Assembly (NCBI RefSeq): GCF_032191835.1
Contig: NC_083231.1
Span: 55,056,001 to 55,120,000, forward strand
From: Heteronotia binoei
Lineage: Eukaryota
Direction: 5' to 3'
Length of the DNA stretch: 64,000 nt
Positions 13,301 through 25,300 of this stretch are shown here, in pieces. The translations under genes and the position numbers were made by a program. Numbering within the stretch: position 1 is the stretch's first letter; each line of letters opens with the position of its first letter. The notes beneath the pieces are model-generated. The model did not search any database. It saw only the letters and a program-made list of their open reading frames with translations, and was not told the origin of the DNA.

Positions 13301-16300
13301 AAAGTTTGAGTCCAGCAGCACCTTTAAGACCAACAAAGTTTCATTCAGGCTGTAAGCTTTCTTGTGCAATCTCACTTCTTCAGAGACAGCCTGTGTCTGA
13401 AGAAGTGTGCTTGCACATGAAAGCTTATAGTTTGAATGAAATTTTGTTGGTCTTAAAAATGCCACTGGATTCAAAGAGAAAGAAGGAAGGGGGAAGGAGT
13501 CGATATGGCTCTCCTGTTGAAATGTTCACCATTCAGACATGGAGGCTTTGTTTGCTGGCTCCCATTTCTCATTATTAAGTGCTGATCTTCTGAAAGCATT
13601 GTTGCTTGGCACAATAGAGAGTAGTTTTGTGTGGTAGATGACATCAGTAGCCTAAACTCCACATTTAAGAAAGTGTCATATAATAGTGCGTAAAACGAAA
13701 TTGTTCCGTTAACCATATTTCAGCTTGATGATTGTTTTTGCTCCCTGGTTGACCGTTTTCTTTTTGAAATAATTTTAAAGCAAAGTCAGGAAAAGCCGTC
13801 TGTATGTGGGTGCTGCGCCTAGTTTTCACTCAACATTTTATATTCTTGCTTCACAGTACATAATGCACAAATGGGTATTTATTTCTGTAGCTTAAAACAA
13901 TTGGTGTACAGGTTAAGGGAAGAGATATTTTTCATGGTATTTTGTGCATGCCATCTTTTCCAGTGGTGGGATTCAAATAAATTAACAACAGGTTCTATGT
14001 CGTAATGACCATTTTAACTATACCAAAAGATATACCGAAAGGCAGTTTAATAATTCACGCATTAAATTATGGAGTTTACTGTGCTAATCCAATGATAATT
14101 ACACTAGGGTTTGTAGAATCTTTCGGGCTCAAGTGCCGTGTTCTACTGGAGAAAGTATTTCTTCCAAAAAAACTTTCTCCAGTAGAACACGGCACTTGAG
14201 CCCGAAAGATGCTACAAACCCTAATGATGATGCCAGCCATGAAAACCTGAAATCTTTGATAATTACACTCTTTCCCCATATGTGAGTTCAAGAATGACTC
14301 GGGGATGCAAACAAAACAGAAGTGTTGTAGAACAAACGGAAGAGTGTGGAATCAAACAGGGCATGGGGCAAACACAAAAGTGTGGAACCTGTTGCCAGAG
14401 GAGGACTGTGGCTCAGCGGTAGAGCCTCAGATTGGCTTGCAGAAGGTCCCAGGTTCAATCCCTGGCATTTCCAATGAAATGGGTTGAGAAGGACATTGAC
14501 CTGAGATCCTGGCTCAGTGTTAGAGCATCCGCTTCACATGCAGAAGGCCCCCGGTTCAGTCCCTGCTATCTCCAGTTCAAAGGACAGCTGGGAAAGACGT
14601 CTTTCTAGCTGGCACCCTCTCAGTAGTCACAGATGTACTGCATTAGATGGGCCAAAGTTCTGACTCTGTATCAAGAAATATCATACATTACACCCTGACA
14701 TGGGCAGCTCAGGCAAGCCTGATCTCATCAGATATCAAAAGATAAGCAGGATCAACTGCAGTTAGTACCTGGATGGGAGATTCCCTTGGAATACCAGCAG
14801 GTGGGAAGACAAGCTGGATTCAGCCACCTCTCTGAATATCCTCCAGAGATACACGCACGCACGCACACACACACACATACACAGAGACTCAGGGTTGAGG
14901 GGGGGCATGATCTATCTAGGTCACCCAGCCCTACGTTTTGCATTATAACCTAACCTGCCATAAAATTAATCAAACTGAAAGAAAAGACAACTTAAAACTT
15001 TCTGAGTAGGGTTGCCAAGTCCAATTTAAGAAATATCTGGGGACTTTGGGGGTGGAGCCAGGAGACTTTGGGGGTGGAGCCAGGAGTCATTGGGGTAGAG
15101 CCAAGATCAAGGCTGTGACAAGCATAATTGAACTCCAAAGGGAGTTCTGGCCATCACATTTAAAGGGGCAGCACACCTTTTCAATGCCTTACTTTTATAG
15201 GAAATAATGAAGGATAGGGGCACCTTCTTTTGGGGCTCATAGAATTGGACCCCCTGGTCCAATCTTTTTGAAACTTGGGGAGTACTTTGGGGAGAGGCAC
15301 TAGATGCTATACTGAAAATTTGGGGCCTCTACCTCAAAAAACAGCCCCCCCAGAGCCCCAGATATCCACAGATCAATTCTCCGTGATTTTCTATGGGAAT
15401 AAATCTCCCTAGGGAATAACAGAGTTCCCAGCAGACATTCCCCCCCCCCGCTTTCTGACGACCCTGAAGTGGGGGGAGGGCCTCCAAACCAGGGGATCCC
15501 TGCCCCCACCTGGGGATTGGCAACCCTATTTCTGAGCCATAGGAGGAAATTGCAATTCAGTTTGGGGCCATGACTGCGAATTGAGAGGGCGTCATCTTTT
15601 CTCGACAGCACCAACAACAGCTAACAAATTGTCAGGATTGGGGGGTGAGGAGAGAGCTGGGGAAGCCAAAATACTATTTTCTATATCACCCTGGGAAGTG
15701 CCAGTATATTATGAACATGAATCTACAAGCCTTGCATGGAGCCCTTCAGTGATATACTGGCACTTCCCAGGGTGATATAGAAAATAATTAATATCAACTA
15801 ACATTTTAAAGAAAATATAACAAACGAAAAAAAAAACCCAAAAGGAACCTTCTGAAGGGAAAGAGCTTCGTCCACTTTTGAGAAGTTCTCCAAGCCGTGG
15901 CAGCGAAGCCTCGGTCTCCCTGGAAATCAGCTGCAGACTCTGAGGACGGCGAAGGCGATGCACGCACACGGCACGCTGCTTTTAGAAGGCACACAGAAGC
16001 CCCACCCCCTGCAAGCACGCCAAAAGCACCCTAGATTGCCTGCTCTCTCCTCTGGAGCCTGGAGGGGGGGAAATGTCCCCGGCAGCCACTCCGCGATGCC
16101 TTCTCTGTGGGGTAAACCTTCACCTTTTCTGTGGGGTAAACGATCTTGCCGCAACGGGCACAGCTGGGGTCATGGCTGCTGGAGCGGAGGGACTGCGCCG
16201 CGCTGGTGGAGTGGAAGGGAAAGGGAGGAAGTGAAGAAGGCAGCCTGGCAGCGGCGAGAAAAATCAGTGTGAGCACCTGCAGGGGTTAAATGGCTGCCAG

Positions 16301-19300
16301 AGCGGAGGAGCTGCTGCTGCCGCCGCGCTGCTGGAGTGGAAGGGGAAGGAAGCAAAGAAGGCAGCTGTGACAGCAAGAAAAATGTGAGCACCTGCAAGGA
16401 GGCGAAGGGAAGCAGGCGCCCGGCCAACAACCGGTTCTGTAGAACCAATAGCAAATTAGGTATGGGTTCTACAGAACCGGTGCTAACCGGCTGAATGCCA
16501 CCTCTGATCTTTTCCCCTTTTGAATATTTAGAACAGATGTGTTATGCTTAAAGGAGAAATGGCTAGAATAAAACATTAAAAAATGGGGAAACCCTAAGCA
16601 CAACTTGACTCTGGCTTTTCTATACAACAAGCTCCAGTGAAATGGATGTATCTCAGATGGAAATGTAAACTGAATAGCAACCAAATCCAGTGGTAGGAAG
16701 GGTCACACTGAATTTGGAGCTGTCTGAGAGGCACCTACACACAGTGGACTTGCAGGGTAGGGTGAAGCAGCTCTTACAACTTCCTTGCTTATAGGAACTC
16801 CTTTTTTATGTGGTGTATGAGCAGTTAACAACTAAGCCCAAAGCAAACAAACTGGAACTCATGAGACTGACTGAGGATTATCAATAGCAGTTTACTTTAT
16901 AATCCTAGTTAAATAATTGCTCCTTGGGCTGAAAAATTAGTGTTACCTTTAAGAGGTGGAGCTCTCTCTAAGGCTTAGAAAATAACCACAGAGTCATGTG
17001 GGTTAACTTTGTACATTCTGGCTGCTGTGGCAGTTGAGGGAGGTTGAGCACAACAAATGGAAGAGTAGGGTTTGGGTAGAAAATCACTCATGAGCATTTG
17101 ACCAGATATTTTTTATATTCCACTTTCCTTAATGTTCAGTTCTATTAATGGTAACATATCTTTTCTAGGAGAAAGTTTAGGTCACTTTCAGATTGACAGC
17201 AGTAGTGGTGAGTTAAGAACTACTGAATCTCTTTTATATAATTGGAAGTCAACCTACAGAATGGTAGTCACTGCAGCTGATCAGGGAATCCCTTCGCTTC
17301 AAGGACAATTGGACATCAATGTTGAGGTACTGGCTTAAGAAAGTATTCTGTTTGGTCTACAGTGAATGTCTTCAGCAAGAGGCAGAACCAAGACGTCTAG
17401 AGCCCCTTCCCTCCCTCTAGTTTAAATGTCTCTCTGCAGAGTGGTTGTGAAAACAGGAAATGTATTATTGGACTTTAAATACATGAGACATTAACTGTGG
17501 CCTGAATAGTTATACCTTCTGCTCCATTATGAGGAAGTGATGGGAAGAGGAGAAAAGCTATAAACCTTTTAAGTGTAGAGGAGAATGCAACATGGAAATT
17601 TAGCTGAGATGCAAAGGTTAACTGTTTTTATTGTCTGTATCCTGTTGCTTCTTTATCTGCTAGTGCTGACCTGATTAGAGATTTTTTTTTTAAAGGAGAG
17701 ACCCTAAATAGGGAGTTCAGGATCCACCAAACAGTTCCACAGAACGCACCCATTTTACATCACAATTCTTGGTTTACCGCCTGATGGGCAAACCACAAAG
17801 ATATGCAAATGTTTAATACATGCATTTTTGTAGCTAGTTTATTTTTGCCACATTCCAAGCCATATATTTTGGTCAGTTATAATTTAATAGCCTCTGTTCA
17901 CTGAAGACTTACTCATTTCTCAGTGGCCTATTCGTGAAAAGAGCATTAATGGCTGGAAATGGCAGCACCTGTAGCTTACTTCCAGAGAGTGTTAAATTCT
18001 ACCCCTGGATGAAATAGCATTTATGGCTTGACAGGATATCAGAGTCTGTTAAAGAATTTTGAACCTTTTACAGTTTGTCACTTTTGGTTTCCTTGTAAGT
18101 TGGTGTATCCCTATTTCTAGAATATTGTTTCCCCATTTATGGGCTGCCCTTCAAGCCCTTTGTTGAAGACTGAGTACTGCTGATATCTCAGGCACTGGAG
18201 CAATAGGTAAATTCTTCCCCAGCTCAGTTTGGAATTTAATTAAACAAGCCTACATATATATTAAAAGAAATCAGTCTGTTTGTTTTTTCCAAGCCCAGTT
18301 CTGAGATTCAGTAACCCTGTTGTGCTTCTGATGACATCACTGGGAGTACTGCAGGACTTCCCCATAGCCAGGTTGGTAGATATGTGGAGGGGTGGGGGGA
18401 ACAGTTTTTCTCAACTTGGTTTACAATCTAAGTTGAATTCTCAGTCATTAATGCTTGACTCAGATTGGGTTATAAACCAAAGTTTGTAATGTGAACCTGG
18501 TTAATTATGAAGTTTAGTTACATCACTTATGCATTGCCACTAAGACAGTCATTTTAGTTAGTTTTAAATAATTATCTAGTTTTTCCCTGTGTGGCTGCTG
18601 GAAGCATTTCAGGCTGTCAAAAAGATCCTTACTGCAGCAATTCCTGCTGTGATTTAATAACCCTTCCACAGAATTGATTGGCAAATTAATCTGTTTATAG
18701 TATGTGTTGTGCTTACAGCTCAAGAGCTCTTTGGGTTACTAGGCCACTGCCCATTTGTAATTAGAGAACAGACATAGACCAGAATCCTCTTGGGAATGCA
18801 AACAATTGTGATTTCTGTTCATTTCTTGCAGGATATGAACATTCATAGAAGTGTATATGCTCAGACTATGAATAATTGATGCCCTTTAAATTACAAAAAA
18901 TGCCAATGCAGTAGAACTTAAAAAAAATTCTTTTGTTTCAGGTGATTCCACTTCCTAAAGCAAGTTCTGCTTCTTTCCAAAACATCAGACATTTTGTCAT
19001 ACCAGAAAATTTTAGGCCTGCACAGACACTGGGCTCTCTAAGACGTCCTGGTCAACATCTGTATACCAGTGAAAAGCAGCGTTATAGCATTTCTGAAGAA
19101 GACTCTGATGTTCCATTTGAAGTCGACAGCTCCTGTGGGGATCTTCTTCTTTCCAAAGAAATAGATTATGAAGCAGCATCTCGCTACTTCTTCAGAGTGG
19201 TTGTAAATGATGATCAAAACAGTCTTCCACAAAACAGTACTATTTTTGTCAGTATTGATATTGAAGATCAAAATGACCACTCACCTTCTTTCCAGAATGA

Positions 19301-22300
19301 CTTTATTGTTATTGGTGTAGAGGAAAACGTGCCTGTTGGCACTTTGGTATATACATTTAACGCAAGAGATGGGGACGGCAGTTTTCTGAACAGCAACGTA
19401 CGATATTCTTTACACAGGAATAACTTCAGTGAAAATCCATTTCTCATCCATCCTTTTTATGGTAGCTTAATCACAGACATCCCCCTAGACCGTGAGATGG
19501 TGCAATCTGTTATCCTGACAGTTGTGGCAGCTGATCAAGCTGTAAACTTTACTGACCGCAGACAAGATTCACTGACTGCCAAAATAATCATTTTGGATGT
19601 CAATGACAACCACCCTACCTTTCTTTCATCACCTCTCTCCTACATCAGAGAAGATGCAGAGATAGGCTCCCCAGTACACTCCATAGTTGCTCATGATCCA
19701 GACCAAGGAAGGAATGGACAGATCACATATTATCTTCTCTCGAGTAATGAAGACCACATGTTTTCACTGGACAGATCTTCAGGTAAAGTCAAATTGGCTT
19801 CAGTGAAATTTCAGTCAGAATTATCTTAATCTAAGCTTTTTAATAAGACAATAACTGCACATACAGCAAGAATGATATAGAAAGAGGTCTTTTCAACACA
19901 CCAAATATTTTCTTCCCTAGACTATTTCTATTTGGGGTAACAGCATGTTGAGGGCATGTATGGCAGAAGCTCTTTCTGCTTGTGCGCAGTCCAGCCTACA
20001 GTGAGCTCAGCATGTGCCATAGAAAGGGAGAAGAAACTGCAAATTACATGTGATTGTGTCAAATAACAAGGTCCCTACAGACCTCTGCTCTGAACTCCAT
20101 GATGTGGCAGTCAAACCTTAATAAACGCTGAGGTGAGGCCGATACATAAAGACTGTTCATAACACGTGTCGATCCATGGTTATGGACAGTTAACAGTAGC
20201 TTGATGTGATGTCCAAATTGACATTTTGCTGGTTTGTGTCAGCAAATCAGAATTGGAAACCGTAGTTTGACTCATGTTTGTGCTAATTATGACATTCTGT
20301 GCCATCTGAATCGACAAGCGGAATTTACATTAGTCATTCCACCTCCAGAAGGCACTGCATCAGAAGAGAAAAGTGTTGAGTATATAAGTAATGGTGATTC
20401 CCTAAGCATGACCTTTTCAGTGCTGTTATCTGCCTGCAAGCAAATTCTTCCTGTTGGTAGAGTTTGAGAATGGTTCAGGGTACAGGAATAAAGAAAGACA
20501 AACAAAACCAGTGAAACACACTTACTTTTGCAACAAAATAAATAGCAGCTGCAAGTATTTTAATGACAAGCATCCAGCTGAAAACCACATTAATTCTAAT
20601 CTGCCTGCAAACCCAATATCATGCTCCTGTCTCAGTGTTGGAGCCTCACCTCCAAGCTCAGTTGTAAAGTGTGTGAAAAATCACATGCATTCTCAATTTG
20701 GCATACAGCAATTGCTTCTCCAGGTAGTCTGGTGGTATTCTCAGAAAGTTGCTACTGAATTAGAATTCCCAAGGGTAAAGCTTTAGCTCATAAAATAAAG
20801 AGTTATCCTTGAGCATTTGGCATCTCAAACCAAATGTTTGGCCTCCAAATTACAGTTATCACAAACCGTAGTTTGGCATTACTTGTGATCCAAGCCATGG
20901 TAATATTGTAATGACAGAAGCTGCACTGGAATAAATCAATGTCCATGTGTTGATTCTTCCTCTTTACAATAGGACTGCTAACAATCACTTTTGCTTTGGA
21001 CTGTGAAAACCAAGAGTATTACAACTTGACCATTGTGGCTGTGGATGGTGGCACTCCAGCACTGTCTGCAACTCAAATTCTGACGATAATTGTTCTTGAT
21101 GTAAATGATGAGCCACCAGTGTTTACAAAAAATCAATATCAGGCTTCCATCTATGAAAATAAAGATCCAGGAGAAGTTGTCATTAAAATGAAAGCTACAG
21201 ATAAAGATTCAGGTAATCAGCTCTCTCCCACCCCATCCCCCCAAAAGATGTTCTTGTCATATGGAAAATGTGATACTCTCCTGTCTCCTTTTTGATACAA
21301 ACTCCTAATTTTCGACTCAAATTCTTTGTCTAGATTTTTTTTACATACGGAACTCCTGCCAGAGTTCAGTTGTAGTTTGTTCACGCAGGTGGTCTAAATT
21401 CATACAGAAGTGGTTTTGATTACATTTGTGCATCTATATCTACAACATTAGACTTAAAAAAATGAGTAAAAAGCTCTGAAGATATCCTGGTCTGTTCCTT
21501 TTCTGCTATGTATGCAACATTAACTGATCACAGATTTTTGCACACAACAACAGATGGTAGGTGCTGGTTCTGGATAAGGCTCACTGCACATTCCTCTGTA
21601 GAACCGATGGCTGGATGTGGATTGGTAAATGTAGCAAGCAGATTACACTGAGAAAGTCCTCCTCGGCCACTTTTTCAGAAGCAGTTTGCCACAAAGGACA
21701 TTGTACTGATTATTGCAAATACGCAATAATCTGATTTGGCCAGAGTGAGGCACTGTAATCCCAGACATTTTTCATCAACAAATGAACTGATACAAAGGCT
21801 TACTTAAAATTTATTTTTCTAGTTAAAAGCTAAGGTTAAGAACAAAAGGAGAATGGTGTGAGCTCACAATATTTTCACACTCTTAGGCTGAAGAAAAAAT
21901 TATATGGTTTTAGGGGAATTCAATTCTAGAAGGGATTATACAACTCTGCTCTGGTAAGACCTCACCTGGAGTATTGTGTTCAGTTTTGGGCACCACATTT
22001 TAAGAAGGATATAGACAAGCTGTCTATAATGCAGAGGAGGGTGACAAAGATGGTGAGGGGTCTGGAGATCAAGTTCTATGAAGAAAAGCTGAAGGAGCTG
22101 AGCATGTTTAGCCTGGAGAGGAGGTGGCTGAGAAGTGATATGATCACCATCTTCAAGTACTTGAAGGGCTGTCATACAGAGGATGATGTGGAATTGTTTT
22201 CTGTGGCCCCAGAAGGTAGGACCAGAACCAATGGGTTGAAATTAAAACAAAAGAGTTTCCGGCTCAACATTAGGAAGAACTTCCTGATCATTAGAGCTGT

Positions 22301-25300
22301 TCCTCAGTGGAACAGTCTTTCTCGGGAGGTGGTGGGCTCTCCTTCCTTGGAGGTTTTAAAACAGAGGCTAGGTGGCCATCTGACAGCAGTGAGATTGTGC
22401 AAGAGATTTTCCAATACTACATTTTCTCCTGAAGTGATGCTTTGGGGTTAATTCCCACTGAAGAATATGCATAGAAACATATGTTGCAATCATTGTCCAC
22501 ATGAATTTCAATATATTTGGACTGTAACTTTATACATACCCATAGGCAGGGAAATACTAAGCTAGTAATACCTGAAATAGAGCTGCTGAGCTGTCCCCCA
22601 GTCTTAATATGCTGTATGGCTTTTATATTCATTTTTATATCAGCAGTATGAACAGAGCTACTTAAAAGATAGACCAGAATACAAAATTATGTGCTGCATA
22701 GGTTGGGAGGCAATGCCCCCCTCCCAAAAAAGCCAAGCCTCTCATGATTCCCAACAAATTATTCCCAAAACTGAAACAATTAAGAATCTGTTTCTTCAGC
22801 ACAGAGAAAGGTTCATTTTCAGGCCGAAACTGCATGTGATGTTACCCAGATGGCCTGTATGTGTATGTATCTTGGCTATAGAAGCATCCCTTTTAACATG
22901 TCCAGAACCCATATTCATGTGCGCCTAGGGCACATTACTGGAAACGTTTGCCAAGTTGTATGCCAGGGTCCAAGATTTGAGCTAATGCCTCATATGGGTG
23001 TACAGATTCTTAGAAATGGGTTCAAAGTTGAAAGTTTCTGTAGAAAAAAACGACTAGCAAGAGGAATTAGCAAAAATGATACAAAGTTAGAAAAACACCC
23101 ACACACTAAATAAATGTTCTATAAATCCTAGCATCTACTAAATGCTAACCTAAGCAAAGTTAGAAAAATGGGCTGGGTAAGGAGGGAGTGAACATATGAG
23201 CCTGAGGGTGGGTGAAATCCAGTAAGATTCATTGGAAGAAATGAAAAAGCAGCGGTGGAAAAGTGGAACATGGTCTTTCGATGTGCCTGCATTGGAGTGC
23301 AGGTCTGATGCACATCCCTGATACATACTTCCACAAGGGGATTGTAGCCATTTACTGGAGCCCAGTGGCTAGAACAAAGTGCTGGGAGATCTGAGGCTAT
23401 CAGTAGAGGTGCTTAGTATGGCTCTTTGGATCATGGCTATCATATTATACAAATAGTGGACCCCAGTCATTCCCAGTTTAAAAGAATTATTACAGTGGTA
23501 TATGACAGGTATACAGCCTGCTGTCTATTGTTTTTGGCGGGGGGGGGGGGTTGTGGCAGAAGAGACTGACCAAATTGAAATATTGAATATTTGAAAAGGA
23601 CAGAAATATATAGTGTTGTGGGCATTACGGAGAAAGTGACTAAAGAGAATTTGTCAACCCTTTCCCAAATCCTAGAGCTTAGTGGCAGCACACAAAAACG
23701 ATGGGCCTTTATAGTTAGGACAGAGAAAATGAAGTCCTTCATGTAGCACCTGATTAAATTCACTGACCCAGAGTGTTTAGAGTGATTTGGCCATTTCCCA
23801 CTGTAGCTAAATGAAATCTCCATGAGACAGTATTCCCCTGAATGCCAGGAGCCATGGAAAAGCCAGAGGGAGAGGCCTTGGCTTCTATGCCCCTCCTGGA
23901 GCATCTGGCAGCCACTGTGCAAAATGAGATGCTGGGATGCATTGATCAGGTTGAGCAGGCTCTTCTTGCATTCTTATATAATATGCAGTAACCTAAGATG
24001 TGCATTCACTGTTCTTTGTTCATAATGTAGGATTAAATTCATTTTAGTTAATAGCATCAGTTATTTTGCTGTGTAGCACATTATGAAAATGATGCCATGC
24101 TTTCCTCAAGAGAGCATTTGAGTGCAAGAAATATGGGAGCAATTTATTCCAAAGCAATAAAGGATGAGAGTAGGAAATAAGATTCCCACAACATACAGAA
24201 GGCATACAGCTGTATAAAGAAACCAACAGCTGCTAAAGTTCCTAAGTGGCTTTTTCTCCTGCAACTCTCAGGTGTGATAATGATCTCACACGATAACCAA
24301 GCAGTTTGAAATACAATATGAACTGTGTAGCTGTGGCTCCCTCTGCTCTTAGTAAAGGCTATGCTGGGGGGAGGCAGAAATATCGTATGGGCTCTTATTG
24401 GCAGAAGGAGACCTTCTTAAACAGTTAGAGCCTTGGGTGAACAAAATAGTTTTCAGTCAGTGATGCCACCTCATGGTGAGATTCTTGTGTAACTAGGGCT
24501 GAGCAAAGGCTTGCGCAGAGGGGGTCAGAGGGTTCAACAAACACTGTTGGTGTGGGTCACCAGCATAAAAATGGGGTCGATCCCTTGTGGGACCAGTTTC
24601 CACCCTAAGTACTTTTAGGATGAAGTTTGTGTTTCCATTTTTAGTCTGTTGTTGCTTTTTCGCTTGTGGGCAACATAAAAAAAATGATGCAGTATGTTCA
24701 GAATGACTTGAACAGCTATACATCTGTTCTTATATTAATACCATCTTATTCTTTTATATATACATTGCAGCTCAGCAGCACCTTAGAAACCAATAAGATT
24801 TTGGGGATCGGGGGTATGAGCTTTCAAGAGTCAAAGCTCCCTTCAGCAGATATGATTTGGAGTGGAAATCTCTGAGGTCCCAGTAAGAAAGTGAAAGGGG
24901 TGCTGCAAGAAGGATTTCAGAACTGCCCCCCAAGCATTTCCTCTCTGCTCCAGTCAAACTGATTACAATGTACACTGTATACTGCACCTCTGCATCCTGA
25001 GTCCCTCCTTTGCAACACCCCTCCCACTTTCTGAATGGGATATAAGGACTCAGAGATCTCCATTTTGACTTGATGAAGAGAGCTTTGACTCTAGAAAGCT
25101 CATATCCCCCAAATCTTGTTGATCTCTAAGGTGTTAGGGGACTCAAGTCTAGCTGTTCTGCTACAGACTAATGTGGCTACTCCTGAAATTATTCTTCTGT
25201 GTTTATTAGACAGTGGACTTGTGTGTAGGTGTTCTCAAGATTTGTACATTTATCAAAACATTGATTTACTGGTGTTGATTACTAAATTTTGCAATGGTCC

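Larger units (their letters stand above)
13961..16506. mobile_element. Non-autonomous hAT element with gene-fragment cargo and nested insertions
   Basis: TIRs CAGTGGTGGGATTCA and TGAATGCCACCTCTG (13/15 match); perfect 8-bp TSD ATCTTTTC at 13953-13960 and 16507-16514. Confidence 0.85.

Noticed and set aside
14716-14797. Functional 5S rRNA gene
   Set aside because: Many substitutions, ends missing, single copy amid repeats
15040-15110. CRISPR-like or minisatellite array
   Set aside because: Only 2-3 adjacent 24-bp units without spacers, internal to a hAT element
16119-16173. Functional LIM-protein gene or LASP1 processed pseudogene
   Set aside because: Frameshift after ATG, only about 18 codons, no further exons or poly(A)
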